A program made the translations under genes and the position numbers. The notes beneath the pieces are model-generated. The model did no database searches. It saw only the letters and a program-made list of their open reading frames with translations, and was not told the DNA's origin. DNA of 64,000 nucleotides from a bacterium (GTDB taxonomy: Bacteria > Sysuimicrobiota > Sysuimicrobiia > Sysuimicrobiales > Kaftiobacteriaceae), in assembly GCA_044868695.1 (NCBI GenBank), contig JBIOWP010000107.1, forward strand, positions 1-64,000, given 5' to 3'. Positions 18,969 through 29,220 of this stretch are shown piece after piece (positions within the stretch are counted from its first letter, which is position 1; the number at the start of each line of letters is the position of its first letter).

Positions 18969-19477
18969 TGCATCCCGCAGAGGACCTGGTCCAACGGCTC
19001 GGCGAGGCCGTACTCGAGCGGGTGGCATTCCGTGACGAGCTCACCCTCGTGGTCGCGCGCGACCGCATCCTCCGTTCGCTTGAGGCCGCCCGGGATGCGG
19101 GCTTCCGCATGCTCACGGACCTAACGGCCGTCGACCGCCACCCCGCAGTCCCGCGGTTCGAGGTCGTGTACCTGCTGACATCGCTCGAACCGCGTGGCCG
19201 GGTGCGCCTGAAGGTGCAGGTCGCCGCCGACGACACGGTGGTTCCGTCGGCGACGGCGCTGTGGCCCGCCGCGAACTGGCTGGAGCGGGAAGTGTTCGAC
19301 CTGTTCGGCATCCGCTTTGAGGGCCACCCAGACCTGCGGCGGATCCTGCTGCCGGATGAGTGGGAAGGGTATCCGCTGCGCAAAGATGCTCCGCTGGTCG
19401 AAGAACCCGTGGAATTTGTCGGCCACACGCCGAAGGTCCCCAGCCAGATCATCCCGAAGTCGCCGCCCCGCTCGTAG
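18965..19477 (+). CDS. nuoC: NADH-quinone oxidoreductase subunit C
   Basis: [45 protein letters not shown]. Confidence 0.93.
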   Translation: MMHPAEDLVQRLGEAVLERVAFRDELTLVVARDRILRSLEAARDAGFRMLTDLTAVDRHPAVPRFEVVYLLTSLEPRGRVRLKVQVAADDTVVPSATALWPAANWLEREVFDLFGIRFEGHPDLRRILLPDEWEGYPLRKDAPLVEEPVEFVGHTPKVPSQIIPKSPPRS

Positions 19478-19489
19478 GCGAAGCCGCAG

Positions 19490-20668
19490 ATGAGCGAACC
19501 CGTCCGCGAGACCCTCGTGCTCAACATGGGACCGCAGCACCCCGCGACCCACGGAGTGCTGCGGCTCCTGCTCGAGCTGGAAGGCGAAGTCATCCTCGGG
19601 ACCGAGCCCGTCATCGGCTACCTGCACACCGGGTTCGAGAAAGAGATGGAGACCCGGACGTATCATCAGAATATCGTCTTCCCGCCCCGCATCGAGTACC
19701 TCGCGACCTTCATCGAGGAACAGGCCTACGTCCTGGCGGTGGAAAAGTTGCTCGGGATCACCGCGCCCAAGCGCGCCGAGGGGATCCGGCTCATCCTCGC
19801 CGAGCTCTCGCGGATCGCCAGCCACCTCGTGTACCTGGGGACCGCGGCCATCGACCTCAACGTCAGCAGCGTCTTTATGTACTGTTTCCGCGACCGCGAG
19901 CAGCTGCTAGACATCTTTGAGATGGTGTCGGGCCAGCGGATGATGCACGGCTACTTCCGCATCGGCGGGCTGCAGTGGGATCTTCCCGAGGGCTTTGAGG
20001 CGCGGGTCCGCGCATTTCTGGACGAGCTGCCCGCGCATCTCGACGAATACGAGACGCTGCTCACCGATAACCTCATCTGGCGGAAACGGACCGAGGGGGT
20101 CGGGGTGCTAAGCGCCGAGGACGCGGTGCGCTACGGCTGCACGGGACCGGTGCTGCGCGGCTCGGGCGTGGCCTACGACGTCCGCAAAGCCTTTCCGTAC
20201 GGCGGGTACGACGAAGTCGAGTTCGATGTGCCGCTCGGGACGAACGGCGACGCGTTCGACCGGTACCGGGTCCGCATGGACGAGATGCGGCAGAGCCGGC
20301 GCATCATTCTGCAGGTGCTCGACCGCCTGCCCGGCGGCCCGGTGCTCGTGGAGGACCGTAAGGTCGCCCTGCCCCCGCGGCGGGAACTGGTCCGCAGCAT
20401 GGAGGCGGTCATTCACCAGTTCAAACTGGTGAGCGAAGGGATTCACCCGCCCGTTGGCGAGGTCTACGCCGCGGTGGAGTCCCCCCGCGGCGAGAAAGGG
20501 TACTACCTGGTCAGCGACGGGAGCAATCGCCCGCTTCGGGCGCGCGTGCGGTCTGCCTCGTTTAATAACTTGCAGGCGCTGCCAGTCATGCTCTCCCGCG
20601 GCACGATTGCCGACGTCGTGGTGGCCATCGCGTCCATCGACATCGTGCTGGGGGACGTGGACCGATGA
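19490..20668 (+). CDS. nuoD: NADH-quinone oxidoreductase subunit D
   Basis: NMGPQHPATHGVLRL, GYLH, ESPRGE, C-terminal GDVDR. Confidence 0.95.
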   Translation: MSEPVRETLVLNMGPQHPATHGVLRLLLELEGEVILGTEPVIGYLHTGFEKEMETRTYHQNIVFPPRIEYLATFIEEQAYVLAVEKLLGITAPKRAEGIRLILAELSRIASHLVYLGTAAIDLNVSSVFMYCFRDREQLLDIFEMVSGQRMMHGYFRIGGLQWDLPEGFEARVRAFLDELPAHLDEYETLLTDNLIWRKRTEGVGVLSAEDAVRYGCTGPVLRGSGVAYDVRKAFPYGGYDEVEFDVPLGTNGDAFDRYRVRMDEMRQSRRIILQVLDRLPGGPVLVEDRKVALPPRRELVRSMEAVIHQFKLVSEGIHPPVGEVYAAVESPRGEKGYYLVSDGSNRPLRARVRSASFNNLQALPVMLSRGTIADVVVAIASIDIVLGDVDR

Positions 20669-22479
20669 CGAACGGGCTGTCAGAGAGCGCCAAAACGGAG
20701 ATCCGGCGTCTAGTGGCGCAGTTCCCGCAGGCGCAGTCGGCCCTGCTGGGCGCGCTGTTTGTGGCACAGCAGGAGGCCGGCTACCTGACGCCCGGCGCGC
20801 TCGCCGACGTAGCAGCGGTCATGGAGCTTCCGGTGAGCGAGGTCACCTCCGTCGCCTCGTTCTACCACCTCCTCCGGTTCACACCCGGCGGCCGGCACGT
20901 CGTCCAGGTCTGCACGAACGTTCCCTGCCTGCTCGCCGGATGCGGACGGATACTCGACCATCTGCGGAACACCCTCGGCGTCGACGTCGGGGAGACCACG
21001 CCCGACGGCGTGTTCACGCTGCGGACGGCGGAGTGCCTGGCCGCCTGCGATGCCGCCCCGATGATGATGGTCGGTGCTGAGCGGTTTGGCCCGTTGACCC
21101 CGGCACGAGTAGATGACGTCCTGAATGGCTACCGGCACGGTGCGGGGGGTCAGGTGTCAGGGGCCCCTCGCCCGACCCCCGAGCTCAGTTCCCCGGCCCC
21201 GCCGGCCGCAAGAGAGCCCTTCCTCCTCAAATACGTTCGCGAACCCGACCAGGCCGAGCTGGATGCCTACCGCGGGCGCGGCGGCTATGAAGGGCTGCGC
21301 CGCGCGCTCACGCTGAGCGCCGACGCGGTGACCGAGGAGGTGGACAAGTCCGGACTCCGCGGGCGGGGAGGCGCCGGCTTTGCGACGGGCAGGAAGTGGA
21401 AGTTCATCCCCAAGGATCCGGCAATCACCCGGTATGTGGTCATCAACGCCGACGAGGGCGAACCGGGAACGTTCAAGGACCGGACGCTACTGGAGGGCGA
21501 TCCACACCGGATGATCGAGGGCATCGCGATCGCCAGTTACGCCGTCGGCGCCCACTATGCGTTCATCTATCTCCGCAGGGAGTTCGATCAGGCGCGCGCG
21601 AAGCTGGAGCGCGCCCTGGCACAGGCGTATGCGGCGGGACTGCTGGGCCGGAATGTCCAGGGCAGCGGGTTCGACCTCGAGGTCGTGCTGGCCACCGGCG
21701 CCGGTGCCTACATCGCCGGTGAGGAGACCGCGCTGCTGGAATCGCTGGAGGGCCGGCGCGCGATGCCGCGGCTCAAGCCGCCGTATTATCCGGCCGTGAA
21801 GGGGCTGTACATGCAGCCGACCGTGGTCAACAACGTGGAGACCCTGTGCCACGTCGCGTGGATTCTCGCCAAGGGAGCCGAGTGGTACCGGCAGCAGGGG
21901 CCGCCGATCCTCATCTCGGTCAGCGGGCACGTGGCCCGCCCCGGCGTCTACGAAGTGCCGCTGGGCACGACCGTCCGGCAGGTGATCGACCGCGCCGGGG
22001 GCGTGCGGGATGGGCATCAGTTCAAAGCGTGCTTCCCCGGCGGCTCGTCGTCGGCCATCCTGCCGGCCGCATACCTGGACACGCCCATGGACTACGACGC
22101 GCTGGCCAAGCTCGACGTCTACGGCTCGATGCTGGGTTCGGGTGCGCTCATCGTGATGGACGACACGACCTGCATGGTAGAGGTCGTCGCCCGCACTGTG
22201 GAGTTCTACCGCGACGAGTCCTGCGGGAAGTGCACTCCCTGCCGCGAGGGGACGATGTGGCTGGGCCAGGCGCTGCGGCGTCTGCTCGCCGGAGGGGGCC
22301 GGCCGGAAGATCTGCAGCTGCTGGAGAGCATTGCACGCGGCATGACCGGAACGTGCTTCTGCCCGCTGGGCGAGAGCGTGCCGCCGGCCATTTACTCGAC
22401 GCTGCGGTTCTTCCGCCACGAGTACGAGCATCACGTGAAGACGGGACGGTGCGACGTGGGCGAGGCCATCCATGCCTAA
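20665..22479 (+). CDS. nuoEF: fused NADH-quinone oxidoreductase subunits E and F
   Basis: NuoE 2Fe-2S (CTNVPC...CLAAC), Pro/Ala/Gly linker, then NuoF SGLRGRGGAGF, NADEGEPG, YIAGEET, ESCGKCTPCREG, FCPLG in one frame. Confidence 0.9.
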   Translation: MTNGLSESAKTEIRRLVAQFPQAQSALLGALFVAQQEAGYLTPGALADVAAVMELPVSEVTSVASFYHLLRFTPGGRHVVQVCTNVPCLLAGCGRILDHLRNTLGVDVGETTPDGVFTLRTAECLAACDAAPMMMVGAERFGPLTPARVDDVLNGYRHGAGGQVSGAPRPTPELSSPAPPAAREPFLLKYVREPDQAELDAYRGRGGYEGLRRALTLSADAVTEEVDKSGLRGRGGAGFATGRKWKFIPKDPAITRYVVINADEGEPGTFKDRTLLEGDPHRMIEGIAIASYAVGAHYAFIYLRREFDQARAKLERALAQAYAAGLLGRNVQGSGFDLEVVLATGAGAYIAGEETALLESLEGRRAMPRLKPPYYPAVKGLYMQPTVVNNVETLCHVAWILAKGAEWYRQQGPPILISVSGHVARPGVYEVPLGTTVRQVIDRAGGVRDGHQFKACFPGGSSSAILPAAYLDTPMDYDALAKLDVYGSMLGSGALIVMDDTTCMVEVVARTVEFYRDESCGKCTPCREGTMWLGQALRRLLAGGGRPEDLQLLESIARGMTGTCFCPLGESVPPAIYSTLRFFRHEYEHHVKTGRCDVGEAIHA

Positions 22480-24964
22480 TCCGCCTCCGTCCGTCATGCT
22501 GACGATCGACGGCACGGCGGTCACCGTCCCCAAGGGAACGACCGTCTACCAGGCCGCGAAGCGGGCCGGGGTCGAGATCCCCATCTTCTGCTACCACGAC
22601 CGCATGCCGCCGCTGGGCGCGTGTCGCATGTGCCTGGTGAAGGTGGAGAAGATGGGGAAGCTGCAGACCTCCTGCACGCTGGAGGCAGCCGAGGGCATGG
22701 TCGTATCTACCACCACCCCCGAGGTCAAGGCCGGGCAGGAGGCCATTCTCGAGTTCCTGCTCATCAACCACCCGCTGGACTGTCCCATCTGCGACAAAGG
22801 CGGGGAGTGCCCGCTGCAGGATCAGACGTACAAGTATGGGCCGGGCCGCAGCCGCTTTGTCGAGATGAAGCGCGACTTTGCCAAGCCGGTGTCGCTGGGC
22901 CGGGTGCTGGTGCTGGACCGCGAGCGCTGCATCCTCTGCTGGCGGTGTGTGCGCTTCGGGGAGATCATCGCCGGCGACAATGCACTGAAGGGGTTCGAGC
23001 GCGGGTTCAGCAGCGAAATCAACACGCCGTTCACGCTGCCGGTGGAATCGAAGTTCATCGGGAACACCATCGCCATCTGTCCGGTGGGGGCGCTGACGGC
23101 GAAGACCTACCGGTTCGTCGCCCGGCCGTGGGACAATCAGTCTGTCCCCAGCGTCTGCACGCTGTGCGGGGTGGGCTGCGCCGTGGAGTTCGACGTCCGC
23201 GGCGGGGCGATCGCCCGGACCCGCGCCCGCGAGCAGCCGGCGATCAATGACATCTGGCTGTGCGACCTGGGTTTCTTCGGCCATGGGTACGTGGCCCATC
23301 CTGACCGGCTGCGCACGCCGCTGGTGCGCCGCGACGGGCGGCTGGTCGAGGCGACGTGGGACGAGGCGCTCGACCTGGTGGCGCGGCGCCTGCGGGCCGC
23401 CCCGCCGCCACGCGTGGCCATGCTGGGTGGCGCGCGGCTGACTAATGAGGACGCATACGTGGCCGGCCGTTTCTTCCGCGGCATCGTGGGGACCAACCAC
23501 CTGGACCACCGTGCCGATGCGTGGCCGGGGAGCGCGAGTCTGCTGGTCCCCTGGGGCATGACGGCGTCCATCGCCGATGTGGATGGAGCCGACGTCATCC
23601 TGCTGGCCGGCTGCGACATCACGGAAGAGTACCCCGTCCTCTGGCTTCGAATGAAGCGGGCCGCCGACCGCGGGGCGAAGATCGTGGTCGTCACGCCAAA
23701 GGCGCTGGAGATCGGCCGCGCCGTGGCGCACCACCTCGTGCACCGCTATGGGGAAGGCGCCGCGGTCATCCGGGCTCTCGCCCAACAGCGAACGGCTCAG
23801 GACGGCGCCGGCGGTGTGTCAGGGGAGGCCATCGCCGCCTCCGGGGCCGTGCTTGAGCATGCGGCGCGCCCGGTCGTCATGATCGGCCGCCTGGCTCTGG
23901 ATGCCCCCGACGGCGCTGAGACCTACGCCGCGGTGCGCGACATCGCCGCGACATTGGGGTCGTCTGTCAATGTCCTGCGCGGCAAGAGCAACGCCTTCGG
24001 GGCATCGCTCGCGGGACTGCTGCCGTCGACGGGTCCCGGCGGGCGCCCGATCGCGGAGATGGCGCAGGACCTCCACGCGCTGTGGGGGAGGGCGGTTCCC
24101 GGCGACGCCGGGATGAGTGCGCCTGAGATCATCGAGGCCGCGGGAGGGGGCAGGCTTGATGTGCTGTACGTGGTGGCCTCCGATCCGGCCACGGACGTGC
24201 CCGACCGCGCGCGCTGGACTGAGGCCCGCGCGCGCCTCCCGTTCCTCGTGGTGCAGGACGCCTTTCTCTCGCAGACTGCCCAGGCGGCGGACGTGGTGCT
24301 GCCGGCGCTCGTCGCGCCGGAAAAAGACGGCACCGTCAGTAATCTCGAAGGACGCATCCAGCGGCTGCATGCCGCCGTGGCCGGCCCCGGGGAGGCGTGG
24401 GCCGACACCGCGATCTTCACTGCGCTGGCCGCCCGCCTGGGCCGCGCGGCGGTGGCCTACAGCGGGTGGGACGAAATTTTTGACGAGATGCGCAGCCTCA
24501 TTCCTGGGCTCGCCATTGACGAACGCATCCAACTGCCGGGCCCCACCGGAGCCCGGAGCCCGGAGCCCGAAGCCCGTCCCGCCGGCGCTGCCGACGCCGA
24601 CTACCCATTCATCCTCATCACGGGTGACGTGCTGTTCGACCGCGGGGCGATGACCTCACGCAGCAAAGCGATTGCCGACCTGGCCGGCGAGCCGTCGGCG
24701 CTGATCCATCCCGACGACGCGGTGCGCGCGCACGTCGCCGACGGCGACCCGGTGGTCCTTCGGTCGCGGCGCGGAGCTGTGGCGGTCCGGGCCAGGCTGT
24801 CGTCTGCGCTCCTCCCGGGCCAGGTGTTCGTCCCCCGCGGGTACGACGCCGCGCCGGCGAATGCGCTGGTTGACCTGGCAGAGCCGTTCACCCGGGTGCG
24901 CGTAAGCACGCTGGTGCCGGTCGCGGGGGGCTCCACGTCCCCCGGAGAAGGCGGCGCGCCGTGA
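22472..24964 (+). CDS. nuoG: NADH-quinone oxidoreductase subunit G
   Basis: IPIFCYH, GACRMCLV, HPLDCPICDKGGECPLQ, CILCWRC, N7-type CTLCGVGC..C. Confidence 0.95.
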   Translation: MPNPPPSVMLTIDGTAVTVPKGTTVYQAAKRAGVEIPIFCYHDRMPPLGACRMCLVKVEKMGKLQTSCTLEAAEGMVVSTTTPEVKAGQEAILEFLLINHPLDCPICDKGGECPLQDQTYKYGPGRSRFVEMKRDFAKPVSLGRVLVLDRERCILCWRCVRFGEIIAGDNALKGFERGFSSEINTPFTLPVESKFIGNTIAICPVGALTAKTYRFVARPWDNQSVPSVCTLCGVGCAVEFDVRGGAIARTRAREQPAINDIWLCDLGFFGHGYVAHPDRLRTPLVRRDGRLVEATWDEALDLVARRLRAAPPPRVAMLGGARLTNEDAYVAGRFFRGIVGTNHLDHRADAWPGSASLLVPWGMTASIADVDGADVILLAGCDITEEYPVLWLRMKRAADRGAKIVVVTPKALEIGRAVAHHLVHRYGEGAAVIRALAQQRTAQDGAGGVSGEAIAASGAVLEHAARPVVMIGRLALDAPDGAETYAAVRDIAATLGSSVNVLRGKSNAFGASLAGLLPSTGPGGRPIAEMAQDLHALWGRAVPGDAGMSAPEIIEAAGGGRLDVLYVVASDPATDVPDRARWTEARARLPFLVVQDAFLSQTAQAADVVLPALVAPEKDGTVSNLEGRIQRLHAAVAGPGEAWADTAIFTALAARLGRAAVAYSGWDEIFDEMRSLIPGLAIDERIQLPGPTGARSPEPEARPAGAADADYPFILITGDVLFDRGAMTSRSKAIADLAGEPSALIHPDDAVRAHVADGDPVVLRSRRGAVAVRARLSSALLPGQVFVPRGYDAAPANALVDLAEPFTRVRVSTLVPVAGGSTSPGEGGAP

Positions 24965-25944
24965 CCGAGCTCGCCATCGCCGCCGTGAAGAGCGCCATCC
25001 TCTTATTCATCCTGCTGACGGCGTGTGCGTACATGACGCTGCTGGAACGGCGGCTGCTGGGCAAGTTTCAAGTCCGTTACGGCCCGAACCGCGTCGGTCC
25101 GTTCGGCCTGCTGCAGCCGCTGGCGGATGGGCTGAAACTCATCTTTAAGGAAAGTTTCATGCCCTCCGGAGTGGATGTCGTCGTCTACTGGCTGGCCCCC
25201 GCGCTCTCGATGATCACCGCGCTCTTTGTGTACTCGGTGATCCCGTTTGGTCCGGAGGTGACACTGTTCGGGACGCAAGTGCCGCTGCGGCTGGCCGATG
25301 TCAACGTGGGGATCCTGCTGATCCTCGCGACGTCGTCCATCGGCGTGTACGGTATCATCCTGGGCGGATGGTCATCGAATAACAAGTACTCGCTGTTGGG
25401 CAGCCTGCGCAGCAGCGCGCAGCTGATCAGTTACGAACTCGCCCTGGGGCTGGCGGTCATCTCGGTGGTGCTGACCGCCGGGTCGATGAGCCTGGTCGAC
25501 ATCGTACTCTCACAGCGCCGGATCTGGTTCGCCGCGGTGCAGCCGCTGGGGTTCGTCATCTTCATGATCGCGGCGGTGGCGGAGACCAACCGCGCGCCGT
25601 TCGACCTGCCGGAGGCCGAGCAGGAGCTGATCGCCGGCTACCAGACCGAGTACGGAGGGTTCAAGTTCGCCATGTTCTACATCGGCGAATACATCGCCAT
25701 CGTCACGATGAGCGCGCTGGCCACCACGCTCTTCTGGGGCGGGTGGCTGGGGCCGGTGCTGCCCGGTGTGGTGTGGTTTGCGCTGAAGACGTTCGTCTTC
25801 ATCTTCATCTTCATCTGGCTGCGGGCCACGCTACCCCGGGTGAGGCACGACCAGCTGATGGCCCTGGGCTGGAAGGTCCTCATCCCCCTCGGCCTGCTCA
25901 ACGTTGTCGCCACATCGGTCATTGTGATCGTGGGGCAGATCTGA
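24961..25944 (+). CDS. nuoH: NADH-quinone oxidoreductase subunit H
   Basis: RYGPNRVGPFGLLQPLADGLKL, ETNRAPFDLPEAE. Confidence 0.95.
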   Translation: MTELAIAAVKSAILLFILLTACAYMTLLERRLLGKFQVRYGPNRVGPFGLLQPLADGLKLIFKESFMPSGVDVVVYWLAPALSMITALFVYSVIPFGPEVTLFGTQVPLRLADVNVGILLILATSSIGVYGIILGGWSSNNKYSLLGSLRSSAQLISYELALGLAVISVVLTAGSMSLVDIVLSQRRIWFAAVQPLGFVIFMIAAVAETNRAPFDLPEAEQELIAGYQTEYGGFKFAMFYIGEYIAIVTMSALATTLFWGGWLGPVLPGVVWFALKTFVFIFIFIWLRATLPRVRHDQLMALGWKVLIPLGLLNVVATSVIVIVGQI

Positions 25945-26429
25945 TGGCGACGCTTGGACGGCAGGTCCGGCAAGGGCTGGCCATGCTGCGGGGCATGGCC
26001 ATCACGTTCCGGTACTTGTTCCGCCCGCCGATCACCGTGCGCTATCCGGAGGAGAAGCGCGCCGCCGTCCAGCCGCGCTTCAAGGGCCGGCACTGGCTCA
26101 CGCTGTACCAGGACGGCATGGAGCGGTGCGTGGGGTGCGAGCTGTGCGTGATCGTCTGCCCCTCGCAGGCCATCTACGTTCGCGCCGCGGAGAACACGCC
26201 GGAACACCAGGTCAGCAAGGGCGAACGCTACGCTGCCGACTTCCAGATCAACGAGCTGCGCTGCATCTTCTGCGGGTTCTGTGAGGAGGCGTGTCCCACC
26301 GGCGCCATCGTGCTGGGGCGGGAGTACGAGCTGGCCAGCTACACCCGTCGGGAGATGGTCTACACCAAGCCGACCCTCACGGAACCCTATCCGGGGGCGT
26401 CGGGGCGCGATCCGGCTCGAGAAGTCTGA
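25944..26429 (+). CDS. nuoI: NADH-quinone oxidoreductase subunit I
   Basis: two CxxCxxCxxxCP motifs. Confidence 0.95.
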   Translation: MATLGRQVRQGLAMLRGMAITFRYLFRPPITVRYPEEKRAAVQPRFKGRHWLTLYQDGMERCVGCELCVIVCPSQAIYVRAAENTPEHQVSKGERYAADFQINELRCIFCGFCEEACPTGAIVLGREYELASYTRREMVYTKPTLTEPYPGASGRDPAREV

Positions 26430-26944
26430 TGGAAGTCATCGTCTTCGTCGTTGCGGCCATCGGCGCGCTCGCCGGCGGGCTCGGGGTCATCGGCAACCGC
26501 CTGCCGGTGCGCAGCGCCCTGTCGCTCCTGCTGGTGCTGGGCAGCCTGGCGGTGATGTATCTCCTGCTGGCCGCGCAGTTCATCGCCGTACTGCAGGTCA
26601 TCGTGTATGCCGGCGCCATCGTCGTGCTGTTTCTCTTCGTCATCATGCTCCTGCACGGACAACTGGGGAAGCGATCGCCCGACAAGCTGCGCTGGCAGCT
26701 GCCGGCCGGGATTGTGCTGGCCGCCGTCTTCCTGTCCATCCTGCTGTTCACCATCCGGTACGGCACCGGCCCGGCCGCGGCGCCCCTCCCTCCGGAGTTC
26801 GGGACCGCCCAGTCGGTGGGCCGCACCTTGTTCACATCGTTCCTGCTCCCGTTCGAAGCGGCGTCCGTGATTCTCATCGTGGGGATCATCGCCGCCGTCG
26901 TCATCGGCCGTCCCGTGGCGTCCTCGCAGGCGGACCGGCGATGA
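26429..26944 (+). CDS. nuoJ: NADH-quinone oxidoreductase subunit J
   Basis: [25 protein letters not shown]. Confidence 0.93.
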   Translation: MEVIVFVVAAIGALAGGLGVIGNRLPVRSALSLLLVLGSLAVMYLLLAAQFIAVLQVIVYAGAIVVLFLFVIMLLHGQLGKRSPDKLRWQLPAGIVLAAVFLSILLFTIRYGTGPAAAPLPPEFGTAQSVGRTLFTSFLLPFEAASVILIVGIIAAVVIGRPVASSQADRR

Positions 26945-27246
26945 CCGTGCCCATCTCAGCATATCTCGCCCTGAGCGCGCTGCTGTTCACGCTGGGCACC
27001 GCCGGCGTGCTGCTGCGCCGGAATGCGCTCGTGGTGTTCATGTCCATCGAGCTGATGCTCAACGCGGTCAACCTCACGTTCGTCGCCTTCGCCCGCCAGC
27101 TCGCCGCCATGGGCGGCCAGGTTGCGGTGTTCTTCGTGGTCGTCGTGGCGGCCGTAGAAGTGGTCGTGGGGCTGGCGATCATCATCGCCATCTTCCGGAC
27201 GCGCGACACCGTCGACGTCGACAACGTGGACCTTCTGCGCGGATAG
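26941..27246 (+). CDS. nuoK: NADH-quinone oxidoreductase subunit K
   Basis: [28 protein letters not shown]. Confidence 0.93.
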   Translation: MTVPISAYLALSALLFTLGTAGVLLRRNALVVFMSIELMLNAVNLTFVAFARQLAAMGGQVAVFFVVVVAAVEVVVGLAIIIAIFRTRDTVDVDNVDLLRG

Positions 27247-27254
27247 GAGGGCCG

Positions 27255-29102
27255 GTGGAACTCGCGCTGATCATCACATTCCCGCTCGCCGGCTGGCTGA
27301 TCAACGGGCTGGTTGGCGGCCGTCTCCCCCGGTGGCTGGTGAGCACAGTCGCCAGCGGGACGGTGGCCCTGGCCTTTGCGGCCACCGTGGTCGCGGCGCG
27401 CGACCCGCGCGTCGCCGGCGACGGGCTCCGCGTGACGCTGGTGAACTGGATGGCGGCGGGGGACTTTGCCGTGACCGCCGGATTGCTCCTGGACCGGCTG
27501 TCCGCCATGATGGCGCTGGTCGTCACCGGCGTGGGATTCGTGATCCACGTCTATTCCACCGGGTACATGGCGGGCGACCCCGCCTACGCGCGCTACTTTG
27601 CATACCTGAACCTCTTCATTGCGTCGATGCTGCTCCTCGTGCTGGGCAGCAACCTCCTGGTGTTGTTCGTCGGATGGGAACTGGTCGGATTGTGCTCGTT
27701 TCTGCTGATCGGGTTCTGGTTCGACCGGGAGCGCGCCGCGAATGCCGGCCGCAAAGCGTTCGTCGTCAATCGGATCGGCGATGCGGGGTTCCTGCTGGGC
27801 ATCCTGCTGCTTGCGACCACCGCGGGCACACTGGAGTTTTCCGCCCTCGCGCAGGCCGCGGGCGGGCTGGCCCCGCCCGTGCTCACCGGGGCCACGCTGC
27901 TCCTGTTTGTCGGGGCCACCGGCAAATCGGCGCAGCTGCCGCTGTACGTGTGGCTGCCGGACGCCATGGAAGGGCCGACGCCTGTGTCGGCGCTGATCCA
28001 CGCCGCCACCATGGTCACCGCGGGCGTCTACATGATCGCCCGCCTTCACCCGCTGTTTCTCCGTGCCGACCTGACGCTGTCCGTGGTGGCGGCCGTCGGC
28101 GCCGCGACCGCGGTCTTTGCCGCGACCGCGGCGCTGGTGGAGTGGGATCTGAAGCGTGTGCTGGCCTACTCTACCATCAGTCAGCTGGGCTACATGTTCC
28201 TGGCGATGGGCGTCGGGGCGATGCCCGCCGGCCTGTTCCACCTGACGACCCACGCCTTCTTCAAGGCCCTGCTGTTCCTCGCGGCCGGCAGCGTCATGCA
28301 TGCGATGCACGGGGTCGTCGACCTGCGCGCGCTGGGCGGGCTGGCCGGGCCGATGCGCTGGACGGCGCTGGGGTTCATCGTGGGTGCGCTCGCGCTGGCA
28401 GGGATCCCGCCGTTCGCCGGCTTCTTCAGCAAGGACCTGATCCTTGAACACGTCTTTGCCGCCGCGCAGCACGGCGGGGCGCCAGTGCTCTGGCTGGTCG
28501 GTCTGGCCACCGCGTATGTCACCGCGGTGTACATCACGCGCGCCGTGGTGCTGGCGTTCCTGCCGCCGGCGGCGCACCACGGTCAGCCCCACGAGGCTCC
28601 GCTGTCTATGGGCTGGCCGATGGCGGTGCTCGCCGCCCTCTCGGTCGCCGGGGGCGCCCTGGGCGGCCGGTTCGCCGGCGCACCGCTGCTCGGCAGCCTC
28701 GACGCGTTTTTTGGGATCGGGCCCGCGGGGGAATCTGTGCCCGCCCCGCTGCTGACTGGGCTTTCGGTCGCCGCCGGTGCGCTGGGCGTCGTCACCGGAC
28801 TGTTCCTGTACCGCGGACGGCGCGGCGTGACCCTCGGTGCCGCCGGCCGCCTCCTCGAGCGACGGTGGTACGTCGAGGCGTTCTACGACGCCGCGATCGT
28901 CGCACCGGCGACCTCCCTGGCGCGCGCGCTCGCCGATGTCGTGGAAACCCGTGGCATCGATGGCGCGGTGAATGGGGTGGCCGCGCTGGTGGGCCGCGCA
29001 GGCCTCGCGCTGCGCCGGGCGCAGACGGGCTACGTGAGGAATTACGCGGCCGCCATTCTGGCGGGGACGATTCTCATGCTCGGGTACTGGCTGCTCAGGT
29101 GA
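27255..29102 (+). CDS. nuoL: NADH-quinone oxidoreductase subunit L
   Basis: GWELVGLCSFLLIGFW, GKSAQLPLYVWLPDAMEGPTPVSALIHAATMV, HAFFKALLF. Confidence 0.95.
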   Translation: MELALIITFPLAGWLINGLVGGRLPRWLVSTVASGTVALAFAATVVAARDPRVAGDGLRVTLVNWMAAGDFAVTAGLLLDRLSAMMALVVTGVGFVIHVYSTGYMAGDPAYARYFAYLNLFIASMLLLVLGSNLLVLFVGWELVGLCSFLLIGFWFDRERAANAGRKAFVVNRIGDAGFLLGILLLATTAGTLEFSALAQAAGGLAPPVLTGATLLLFVGATGKSAQLPLYVWLPDAMEGPTPVSALIHAATMVTAGVYMIARLHPLFLRADLTLSVVAAVGAATAVFAATAALVEWDLKRVLAYSTISQLGYMFLAMGVGAMPAGLFHLTTHAFFKALLFLAAGSVMHAMHGVVDLRALGGLAGPMRWTALGFIVGALALAGIPPFAGFFSKDLILEHVFAAAQHGGAPVLWLVGLATAYVTAVYITRAVVLAFLPPAAHHGQPHEAPLSMGWPMAVLAALSVAGGALGGRFAGAPLLGSLDAFFGIGPAGESVPAPLLTGLSVAAGALGVVTGLFLYRGRRGVTLGAAGRLLERRWYVEAFYDAAIVAPATSLARALADVVETRGIDGAVNGVAALVGRAGLALRRAQTGYVRNYAAAILAGTILMLGYWLLR

Positions 29103-29130
29103 TGCGGGAACCCGCAGGCGCGATCTTTAT

Positions 29131-29208
29131 GTCATTGCGAGGAGCGAAGCGACGAAGCAATCTCCTCGTACGAGGGGATCGCCACGGCCCTACGGGCCTC
29201 GCGATGAC
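29131..29208. repeat. REP/RPE-like palindromic element between nuoL and nuoM
   Basis: arms GTCATTGCGAGG ... CCTCGCGATGAC with internal GAAGCAATCTC. Confidence 0.75.
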
Positions 29209-29220
29209 TGCCGGTGATCC

